A DNA stretch of 64,000 nt from Parasphingorhabdus sp. (GTDB lineage: Bacteria; Pseudomonadota; Alphaproteobacteria; Sphingomonadales; Sphingomonadaceae). The stretch is from NCBI RefSeq assembly GCF_041748495.1, contig NZ_JBGTDD010000058.1, positions 208 through 64,207 of the forward strand, written 5' to 3'. Each line of letters begins with the position of its first letter. Position 1 is the first letter of the stretch. Under the pieces are notes generated by a model. The model ran no database searches. It was not told the origin of the DNA and worked only from the letters and a program-made list of their open reading frames with translations. A program made the translations under genes and the position numbers. Positions 38,679 to 48,402 of this stretch are shown here, piece by piece.

Positions 38679-40817
38679 ATGGCCATCGAGACGAAACGTA
38701 GTTTTTGCCGTTTTTGCCACGCCAGCTGCGCGATGGTCATTGAAGTCGAGAATGACAAGATTGTATCTGTCAAAGGCGACAAGCAGGATCATCTGTTCCA
38801 TGGCTATACCTGCATCAAGGGTCGCCAGCTTCCCGACATGCACAATCTCCCCGACCGCATGATCACCAGCAAGATTCGACAGCCCGACGGCAGCTTCAAG
38901 GATATTGCAACCGCTGATGCACTGGCCCTGGCTGGCGCGCAGATGAAAAAAATGGTCGAGCAACATGGCCCGCACAGCATCGCCGTCTATTGCGGCACCA
39001 ACGCATTCCAGAACAGCGCCGTGCTCGGTACATCCTACGCCTTTGCCCAGGCCGTTGGCTCGCGCAACTGGTATACCAGCGTCACCGTCGACCAACCGGC
39101 CAAGGTCTTTACCACTGCTCGCTATGGCATGTGGATGGGGGGCGGCAATGCCTTCACCGAGTCCGATGTCGCGATGTTTGTCGGCAACAACCCGATCGTT
39201 TCCCATTATTCCGGCGGCATGCCGACTGCCTCGCCGTCGCGCGGCCTGCGCGATGCGAAAGAACGCGGCCTGAAGGTTATTGTCGCCGATCCCCGGGTGA
39301 GCGAAATGGGCAAATTGGCGGACATCTATCTGCCGGTCAAACCGGGCGAGGACCCCGCCCTGCTCGCCGGCATGCTCAATGTGATCTTCGAGGAGAAGCT
39401 GTTTGATCAGAATTTCGTCGCCGCTCATGTCGATGGCGTCGCGGAACTGGAGGCTGCCGTCAAACCGATGACACCCGAAATTGCCGCAAAACGCGCTGGG
39501 GTTGACAAGGATCAGCTGATTGCGGCAGCCCGGATGTTCGCTGGCGCCAACAAAGGCCGTGTTGTCACCGGCACTGGTCCTGAAATGGCCGGCAACGGAA
39601 CGCTCACCGAATATCTGGTCGCCTCACTCAACATCCTTTGCGCGCGGTTCAATCAGGAAGGCGAGCGTGTCTCCGCACCAATGGTTTTCAATCCGCTGAT
39701 GGGCGGACCGAGAAAGGCACAGGTCGCCCCGAAAATGCCGACATTTGGCGAAGGCTTTGCCAAGTCGCGCATTCGTGGTCTGGGTTTGTTGGGCAAGGAA
39801 ATGCCATGCAACGTGCTGGCCGATGAGATCCTGACCCCCGGTGAAGGCCAGATCAGGGCCCTGATCTCGATCGGCGGCAATCCCGAAATTGCCTTTCCGG
39901 ACCAGCAGAAGGTCCGTCGCGCGCTCGACGAATGTGAGTTGTTCATCCAGGTCGACCCATGGATGTCGGCCAGCGCCAAACGTGCCGACATGATTCTCGC
40001 CCCATCCATGTGTCTGGAGCGGGAAGATATCAACAATGTGTCGGACGCTTTCACCGAAGAAGCCTACGCTCATTATACCGAGGCGATGGTCCCCCCGCCG
40101 GGCGACACGATGGACGAATATGAAATGCTCTGGTGGCTCGCCAAGCATATGGGCATTGCACTGAACTTTCCTGGTGGCCCCGTATCGATGGACGAATGCC
40201 CCGACAAGGCGACCGTTCTTGATCTGATCTCCGAAGGTTCGCTGCTCAAGCCGAGCAAAGCCAAAGCCGATGCAGCAGCGCTGAAGCGCAAGGGTGCGGC
40301 AATCACCTATGAGGAACTGCACCCCGTGGTCGGCCCGGCCGATCCGGATGCACAGGAAAAATTTGATCTCAATGCCGGAGCCATGCCTAGCGAACTGATC
40401 AACTATGCTGCCAATGATCCGGCCGTTGCCGGCTTTGACTTCCGCCTGATTTCCCGCCGGTCAAAGCACCGCTACAACAGCAATGGTCACACTTTCCCGA
40501 AGCTGGTCGAAAAAATGCCGACCAATCCTGCCTTTTTCAACCCAGGTGATCTTGCGGCAGCAGGCATCGAAGACGGCGCCATCATTGAAATCACCTCGAC
40601 GACAGCGTCCATTTTCGGTCTGGCCAAGGCCGATGACAAGGTCCGTCCTGGCGTCATTTCGATGAGTCACGCCTTCGGCGATAGCGAGGCCGGCAAGGAT
40701 GACGTGATGACCAGGGGCGGATCCACCAACCGCCTTCTGTCAGACGACAGCAACATTGATCCGATCACTGGACAGGCCCTGCAAAGCGCGATACCGGTCA
40801 GGGTTTCAGCCGCTTAA
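38679..40817 (+). CDS. cytoplasmic molybdopterin (bis-MGD, DMSO-reductase superfamily) oxidoreductase, substrate unknown
   Basis: ORF 38679..40817 (712 aa) with RBS AGGAGA. The N-terminal 4Fe-4S motif is CRFCHASC...YTCIKG and there is no Tat signal. It has a molybdopterin-binding core and a C-terminal MopB_CT-like barrel (GAIIEITS...RPGVISMSHAFG). Confidence 0.78.
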   Translation: MAIETKRSFCRFCHASCAMVIEVENDKIVSVKGDKQDHLFHGYTCIKGRQLPDMHNLPDRMITSKIRQPDGSFKDIATADALALAGAQMKKMVEQHGPHSIAVYCGTNAFQNSAVLGTSYAFAQAVGSRNWYTSVTVDQPAKVFTTARYGMWMGGGNAFTESDVAMFVGNNPIVSHYSGGMPTASPSRGLRDAKERGLKVIVADPRVSEMGKLADIYLPVKPGEDPALLAGMLNVIFEEKLFDQNFVAAHVDGVAELEAAVKPMTPEIAAKRAGVDKDQLIAAARMFAGANKGRVVTGTGPEMAGNGTLTEYLVASLNILCARFNQEGERVSAPMVFNPLMGGPRKAQVAPKMPTFGEGFAKSRIRGLGLLGKEMPCNVLADEILTPGEGQIRALISIGGNPEIAFPDQQKVRRALDECELFIQVDPWMSASAKRADMILAPSMCLEREDINNVSDAFTEEAYAHYTEAMVPPPGDTMDEYEMLWWLAKHMGIALNFPGGPVSMDECPDKATVLDLISEGSLLKPSKAKADAAALKRKGAAITYEELHPVVGPADPDAQEKFDLNAGAMPSELINYAANDPAVAGFDFRLISRRSKHRYNSNGHTFPKLVEKMPTNPAFFNPGDLAAAGIEDGAIIEITSTTASIFGLAKADDKVRPGVISMSHAFGDSEAGKDDVMTRGGSTNRLLSDDSNIDPITGQALQSAIPVRVSAA

Positions 40818-40826
40818 GGAAATCCG

Positions 40827-41957
40827 ATGACAGACAATGTGGTGCGCGGGTTCGCTCAGGACCGGTTTGCGCATGTCCGCGATATCATGGCGGCCAGCCT
40901 CGATAGCGGCGCCGATGTCGGGGCTTCCTTTTGCGCGACGATCGACGGCGAGACCGTGATCGATATCTGGGGTGGCTGGGCCGACGAAGCGAAAACTCGA
41001 CCCTGGAAGTCTGACACGATCGTCAATGTCTATTCGACGACGAAGACGATGACCGCCCTGACTGCCCTGTTGATCGCCGATCGCGGTGAGCTGGATTTTG
41101 CTGCACCGGTCGCAAGATATTGGCCGGAATTTGCGCAAAATGGCAAGGCCGACATCACCGTAGCCCATCTGATGAGCCATTCGTCCGGCCTTTCAGGTTG
41201 GGAAGAACCGATCACGCGCGAAGATCTGTATGACTGGGACAAGGTCACAGGACTGCTGGCCGGTCAGGCACCCTGGTGGGAACCGGGCACGCAGGTCGGC
41301 TATCATGCCATCACCCAGGGCTATCTGGTCGGCGAAGTGGTCCGCCGGATCACCGGCAAGTCTCTGGGTACGGTTTTCCGCGAGGAAATCGCAGAGCCGC
41401 TGGATGCAGATTTCCATATCGGCCTGGCTGCCGAACATGACCACCGCGTTGCCGACCTGATCCCGCCGCAAGCTGGCGCGGCGCAGGCAGCGAGCAATGA
41501 TATCCAGCGCAAGACCTTTACCAATCCGCCGATCAATCCGCTCGACACCCGGACCAGGGAATGGCGCGGCGCCGAAATACCGGCGGCTGGCGGCACCGGC
41601 AATGCCAGATCCGTTGCGGAAATCCATGCGCTTCTGGCCAATGGCGGAGTCGCCAACGGCCAGAGGATTCTCTCCGAAGCCGGCTGCCGCAAGGCGCTCG
41701 AGCCGCAGATTGAAGGGAAGGATCTGGTGTTGATGGGTTTGCCGCTAAAATTCGGTCTCGGCTTTGGCCTGTCCGGTGAAGTCGTTAAGTTACCCAATGA
41801 AAACAGTATATTCTGGGGTGGCTATGGCGGCTCGCAAATCGTCATCGATATGGAGAACCGCGCGACCTATTGTTACGTCATGAACAGGATGGGCGACGGT
41901 TTGCTCGGCGACATGCGGTCGGCCGATCTTATCGGGGCCACAAGGACTGCGGCCTAG
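40827..41957 (+). CDS. beta-lactamase-fold serine hydrolase (class C / EstB-like esterase or amidase)
   Basis: ORF 40827..41957 (376 aa). It has the S-x-x-K motif VYSTTKTMTAL and no signal peptide. Confidence 0.78.
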   Translation: MTDNVVRGFAQDRFAHVRDIMAASLDSGADVGASFCATIDGETVIDIWGGWADEAKTRPWKSDTIVNVYSTTKTMTALTALLIADRGELDFAAPVARYWPEFAQNGKADITVAHLMSHSSGLSGWEEPITREDLYDWDKVTGLLAGQAPWWEPGTQVGYHAITQGYLVGEVVRRITGKSLGTVFREEIAEPLDADFHIGLAAEHDHRVADLIPPQAGAAQAASNDIQRKTFTNPPINPLDTRTREWRGAEIPAAGGTGNARSVAEIHALLANGGVANGQRILSEAGCRKALEPQIEGKDLVLMGLPLKFGLGFGLSGEVVKLPNENSIFWGGYGGSQIVIDMENRATYCYVMNRMGDGLLGDMRSADLIGATRTAA

Positions 41958-42087
41958 CTCTCCGCTGCGCAAGTCCCGGAAATTCTTCATCGCGCGTCCG
42001 CCTGCAGGATCACTTCTGTCTATCATATTTGCCAATCGACTTGGCCCCTGCTCCATGCGAGCAATCCGGCGTAGTGGGAGAATATGG

Positions 42088-43389
42088 ATGCCGATGGAGC
42101 CAGCGTATATCGATCAAATGAAGCGGCTGATGGAATGGGAAGCATCCCGCACAGCGCCGCCGCAAGGCTTTCCCCATCTCCCCGACCTGCCGGCCGGGCG
42201 CTATACCAGCCAGGAATATTACGATCTCGAACAGCAACATCTGTGGAAGAAGACATGGCTGTTCGCCGGTCATATCGATGAAGTCCCCGACCCCGGCTGT
42301 TTCATGAAATGGGAACAGGTCGGCGATCCGATCGTCATCGTCCACGGCATGGACGGCGAAGTCCGCGCCTTTTACAACACCTGTCGCCACCGCGGTGCAC
42401 CGGTCGTCACCGAGGAGAGGGGCCGGTCACCGCGTCTGATGTGCGGCTATCACAACTGGACCTACAAGACCGACGGCACCTTGGTTGGCGTGCCGGAAAA
42501 ACAGGACTTCGGGCCCGATTTCGATATGTCCTGCCGTAGCCTGATTCCGGTCAAGTGCGAGCGGCTGGGCAATCTGATTTTCGTCAATTTCGATGAAGAG
42601 GCGATGCCGCTGAAGCAATGGCTGGGCCCGGTCTGGGAGGATTGGAAGGAGTTTCGCTTTGACAAGATCCGGCTGGCAGCACGGCACAGCTTCGACCTGA
42701 AATGCAACTGGAAGGTCGCCATGGAGGCCAATATGGAGGTCTATCACGTCCCCTTCATCCATCCCGAAACCGTCTCGCCACTGGTCGACAGCAAGCGCAA
42801 TGTGAACACGCTCTATCCCAATGGCCACGCCCGCATGCTGGCCCCGGCGCCCGCACAGACAGACCGCGCGCATGTGCGGGCGATCGACAGTCCGCCCGGC
42901 TGGCAGGAAATCGAAGGGGTCGGCGAATTCGGCCGGACCTGCACGCAAAGTTACACGATGTTTCCCAACTGGGTGTCGCCGCTGAGCAATTATTTTGTTC
43001 CGCCGCTGATCTTCTGGCCGACGTCGCTGAATACAACGCGGCTGGAACTGGTGACCATGGCAATGGACTGGGGCGATGGACCGGCGCCGGACCTGTGGAC
43101 CGTTCCGGACGAGAGCAAGCCCAATGGCCGCGACATGTCGCCGATCATTCTCGAGGACACGCAATTTGGCGAGATGATCCAGAAATCGATGGAAAGCGAT
43201 GGTTTCAAGAGCGTGCCGCTCAGCTATCAGGAAGCACGCATCTACAGCTTTCACCAGAATTGCGACAAGATGATCGGACTGAACCGGATCCCGGCGGGGC
43301 TCGCGGTCGAACAGGTGATTGGCGAGGAGTGGGTCTATCCGAACGACCCGCGCGTCGCCGAGATGGAACAACTGGAAGCCGCAGAATAA
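42088..43389 (+). CDS. Rieske non-heme iron oxygenase alpha subunit
   Basis: ORF 42055..43389. The start is at ATG 42088 after GGGAGA. The Rieske motif is CRHRGAPVV...CGYHNWTY and the mononuclear Fe region is EANMEVYHVPFIHPE. Confidence 0.85.
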   Translation: MPMEPAYIDQMKRLMEWEASRTAPPQGFPHLPDLPAGRYTSQEYYDLEQQHLWKKTWLFAGHIDEVPDPGCFMKWEQVGDPIVIVHGMDGEVRAFYNTCRHRGAPVVTEERGRSPRLMCGYHNWTYKTDGTLVGVPEKQDFGPDFDMSCRSLIPVKCERLGNLIFVNFDEEAMPLKQWLGPVWEDWKEFRFDKIRLAARHSFDLKCNWKVAMEANMEVYHVPFIHPETVSPLVDSKRNVNTLYPNGHARMLAPAPAQTDRAHVRAIDSPPGWQEIEGVGEFGRTCTQSYTMFPNWVSPLSNYFVPPLIFWPTSLNTTRLELVTMAMDWGDGPAPDLWTVPDESKPNGRDMSPIILEDTQFGEMIQKSMESDGFKSVPLSYQEARIYSFHQNCDKMIGLNRIPAGLAVEQVIGEEWVYPNDPRVAEMEQLEAAE

Positions 43390-43434
43390 TCTGGCAAAAC
43401 AAGTCACCGGCACCAACCGGGATAAGGAACAGCA

Positions 43435-44190
43435 ATGGGACGGGTTCAGGACAAAATCATATTATTGACGGGCGGCGCGATGGGACTGGGCAAAGCGGCT
43501 GCGAAACGCCTGTCCGAAGAAGGCGCGCGGGTGCTGATCACCGATCACAATCCGGAAGCGGGAGCGGCAACGGCAAAGGAACTGGGGCCCAGTGTCGAAT
43601 TCCTCGAACAGGATGTGACCAACCCCGACCGCTGGAGCGAAGTGATCGCCCATGTCGAAGACATTTATGGCAGGCTCGACGTGCTGGTGAACAATGCCGC
43701 CGTTACCGTGTTCGGTTCGATTGCAGACGTCAGCTATGAAGATTTCCGCCGTTGCTACAATGTCGATGTCGATTCGATTTTCCTCGGCTGCAAGGCCGCC
43801 CTGCCGCTGATGAGCAAAAGCGGCGGATCGATCATCAATTTTTCATCGGCCGCCGCGATCAATGCCAGCGCCGATCTGGTCGCCTATAACAGCGCCAAGG
43901 CGGCGATCCCGATGCTCACCAAATCGATCGCGCTCTATTGCGCGAGAGAGAAAAATGGTGTCCGTGTGAATGCCGTTCTGCCCGGCACGATCATGACGCC
44001 CAATGTCCGCAGCGTGATCGACGGGACACCCAATCCGGCCGAAACCGAGGAGGCGTTCGCACTCGCCCAGCCGGTCGGCCATATGGGAGAGCCGGATGAT
44101 ATAGCGCATCTGATCGTTTATCTGGCATCCGACGAGAGCAAATTTGCCACCGGCGCCGCCTTCGCGGTTGACGGGGGGCTGAGCATATAG
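43435..44190 (+). CDS. classical short-chain dehydrogenase/reductase
   Basis: ORF 43435..44190 (251 aa). TGGAMGLGKAAA (TGxxxGxG), NNAA and YNSAKAA (YxxxK) are present. Confidence 0.88.
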   Translation: MGRVQDKIILLTGGAMGLGKAAAKRLSEEGARVLITDHNPEAGAATAKELGPSVEFLEQDVTNPDRWSEVIAHVEDIYGRLDVLVNNAAVTVFGSIADVSYEDFRRCYNVDVDSIFLGCKAALPLMSKSGGSIINFSSAAAINASADLVAYNSAKAAIPMLTKSIALYCAREKNGVRVNAVLPGTIMTPNVRSVIDGTPNPAETEEAFALAQPVGHMGEPDDIAHLIVYLASDESKFATGAAFAVDGGLSI

Positions 44191-44246
44191 TCCCGACCCG
44201 TGACTGCGCGATGACGGCAAAATCTTTATATTGCACCAAAGCCTAG

Positions 44247-46450
<2,204 letters not shown>

Positions 46451-46455
46451 TCATC

Positions 46456-47388
46456 ATGGCCGGCAACGCTCAAAAAACGGTGGCGATCACGGGCGCGACC
46501 GGTTTTGTCGGCAGCCGGATGCTCGATCTGGTGGTTCGGGAGGGCTATGACGTGCGCGCGCTGACGCGGCGCAGGCAGGACGACCGTCCCGGTGTAAGAT
46601 GGATCCGCGGGGCGCTGGACGACAAGGATAGTCTGACTAAATTATGCCTTGGCGCAGATATTGTTGTGCATATCGCCGGAGTGGTCAATGCGCCGGACAG
46701 ACACGGGTTCGAAGTCGGCAATGTCACCGGCACGCTGGCGGTCGTGGAAGCCGCCAAACAGGCGAGCGCCAATCGGTTCATCCATGTCTCTTCCCTCGCC
46801 GCCACTCAGCCGCAATTGTCGATCTACGGCGACACCAAGGCCAAGGCCGAAAAAATCGTCGCGACCAGTGGACTTGACTGGACGATCATTCGGCCGCCCG
46901 CGGTCTACGGTCCGGGCGACGGCGAATTTCTCGATCTGTTCAAAATGGCCAGACTGGGCATCGTGACCTTGCCGCCCGACGCCGATGGCCGCTTGTCGGT
47001 CATCCATGTCGAGGATCTGTGCCGCGCGCTGCTCGCGCTTTTGCCGGAACAGGAAGAGCTGACCGCCCGCATTTTCGAGCTGGATGACGGCAAGCCGGGT
47101 GGCTGGACGCAGGCTGCTTTTGCCAAGGCCATCGGCTGGGCCATCGGCAAACGCATAACGGCAGTCGGCGTGCCCAGGTCGCTGCTGCATTTCGGTGCCA
47201 GAGTGGATCGTCTGGTCCGCCGTGACAGGGCGAAGCTGACCGCGGACCGGGTCAGTTATTTTTGCCATGATGACTGGACGATTGATCCGCAAATGCGTCT
47301 TCCTGCAAAGCTGTGGCAACCACGGATCGAAACGCGCGAAGGCCTCAAGGATACCGCAAAATGGTATCGCCAGAATGACTGGCTCTGA
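46456..47388 (+). CDS. NDUFA9-like atypical SDR (NAD-dependent epimerase/dehydratase family)
   Basis: ORF 46456..47388 (310 aa). It has the ITGATGFVGS Rossmann motif and Y-x3-K (YGDTKAKAE). Length and sequence fit alphaproteobacterial complex-I NDUFA9-family proteins. Confidence 0.8.
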   Translation: MAGNAQKTVAITGATGFVGSRMLDLVVREGYDVRALTRRRQDDRPGVRWIRGALDDKDSLTKLCLGADIVVHIAGVVNAPDRHGFEVGNVTGTLAVVEAAKQASANRFIHVSSLAATQPQLSIYGDTKAKAEKIVATSGLDWTIIRPPAVYGPGDGEFLDLFKMARLGIVTLPPDADGRLSVIHVEDLCRALLALLPEQEELTARIFELDDGKPGGWTQAAFAKAIGWAIGKRITAVGVPRSLLHFGARVDRLVRRDRAKLTADRVSYFCHDDWTIDPQMRLPAKLWQPRIETREGLKDTAKWYRQNDWL

Positions 47389-47394
47389 TCGACA

Positions 47395-47913
47395 TCAGAA
47401 AATCGGTCCGACAGACTGTTCGTATACATAGGCGATGAAGGTCAGGGTCAGGCCGAACAGAAACACCCGGTATGCCCAGCCCAGAAACCGGAATTTCTTG
47501 CGGCCCAGAACAATTCCCATCTGGTAAATGTCTCGTAGCATCGCGCGATAGACCGATTCCTGGGTCTGGAATTCTTCATTCAGCAGGCGCTCGACAAATT
47601 CCTCTTCCGACAGATTGTTGAACCCGCCAAAGAAAAGCAAATTGGCAGGGCCATCCTTTCGGGGCGCGAATGACGGCATCACCGCGACCGCAGCCAGGGC
47701 AGCGGACGCAAAGGCAGCAATCGCCAGGATCATCAGCGGGACTGACAGTTCGCCGGTCCGGCTCTGGCCAATCGCCAGCGTGAATACGATGAACGTTGCC
47801 CCGATCAGCATATTGGCTTTATGGTCCGCCATCATGCTCAGCTGGACATGATGTTGCTGGGTCGTACGCAACGCATAAACCGCATCATCCGGCCATTTTC
47901 TCTCTTCTGCCAT
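47395..47913 (-). CDS. PycTM/DUF5706-like membrane protein (no nucleotide-sensing domain, no partner cyclase)
   Basis: ORF 47395..47946. The start is probably ATG 47913 after GGGGGG. It has the motif LSMMADHKANMLIGATFIVF (AD-x-KA followed by a TM helix), a second TM helix, an amphipathic linker and a C-terminal TM helix. This resembles the Pycsar-effector TM domain family. Recognition is from memory. Confidence 0.55.
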   Translation of the reverse strand: MAEERKWPDDAVYALRTTQQHHVQLSMMADHKANMLIGATFIVFTLAIGQSRTGELSVPLMILAIAAFASAALAAVAVMPSFAPRKDGPANLLFFGGFNNLSEEEFVERLLNEEFQTQESVYRAMLRDIYQMGIVLGRKKFRFLGWAYRVFLFGLTLTFIAYVYEQSVGPIF

Positions 47914-47993
47914 ATGTTTCCCCCCAGAGTTTCGTGAAAGTGACACAATCGGCCCATTTGGGCAAGCTGATGCCCTGTTTGCGCCTTATTCGC

Positions 47994-48020
47994 TTGCCAA
48001 TGGGGCGCATCCATTGGCAA
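47994..48020. promoter_or_regulatory. perfect 10-bp inverted repeat, operator-like, in the divergent promoter region upstream of acp-spt
   Basis: TTGCCAATGG-ggcgcat-CCATTGGCAA. It lies 46 nt upstream of the acp ATG and 81 nt upstream of the divergent PycTM-like ATG. Confidence 0.4.
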
Positions 48021-48065
48021 AGGTCACGCAAGGCCATTTGGTCAGTGACACGAGGAAAGCATTAT

Positions 48066-48311
48066 ATGGCAAATCGCGAAGAAATCATGGCGAAGATCTG
48101 CGAACTGATCGGGCCGTTCAACAACAAGGGCGTCGATCTGTCGGCCGACACGACCTTTCAGGGCGATCTCGAGTGGGACAGCCTGACGGTCATGGATTTT
48201 GTCGCGGCCGTCGAGGATGAATTCGACATCATCATCACCATGAACATGCAGGCCGAGATCGAGACGGTCGGCCAACTCGCCGATGCGGTTGCAAAGTTGA
48301 TGGACAGCTAA
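48066..48311 (+). CDS. acyl carrier protein dedicated to sphingolipid synthesis
   Basis: This is the C-terminal 81 codons of ORF 47796..48311. ATG 48066 is preceded by GAGGAAAG. The phosphopantetheine site is LEWDSLTVMDFV (DSL), and the gene lies directly upstream of spt. Confidence 0.85.
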   Translation: MANREEIMAKICELIGPFNNKGVDLSADTTFQGDLEWDSLTVMDFVAAVEDEFDIIITMNMQAEIETVGQLADAVAKLMDS

Positions 48312-48321
48312 GACCCAACAC

Positions 48322-48393
48322 CCGTTCGCCCTGAGCTTGTCAAAGGGTCGCTCGAGCGGGTGGTTCGTACTTCGTCAGGCTCAGCACGAACGG
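48322..48393. repeat. REP/MITE-like imperfect palindromic element of the alphaproteobacterial GTTCGCCCTGAGC...GCTCAGCACGAACGG type
   Basis: CCGTTCGCCCTGAGCTTGTCAAAGGG...CGTCAGGCTCAGCACGAACGG. The terminal arms are reverse complements apart from 2 nt. It produces the artefactual peptide FVLRQAQHERK at the N-terminus of ORF 48337. Confidence 0.7.
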
Positions 48394-48402
48394 AAATCAA
48401 GA

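Noticed and set aside
47395-47913. A complete Pycsar antiphage system
   Set aside because: Only the TM-effector-like domain is present. There is no pyrimidine cyclase gene and no cNMP-binding domain, and the context is core metabolic genes. It is kept as a finding only as an orphan domain.
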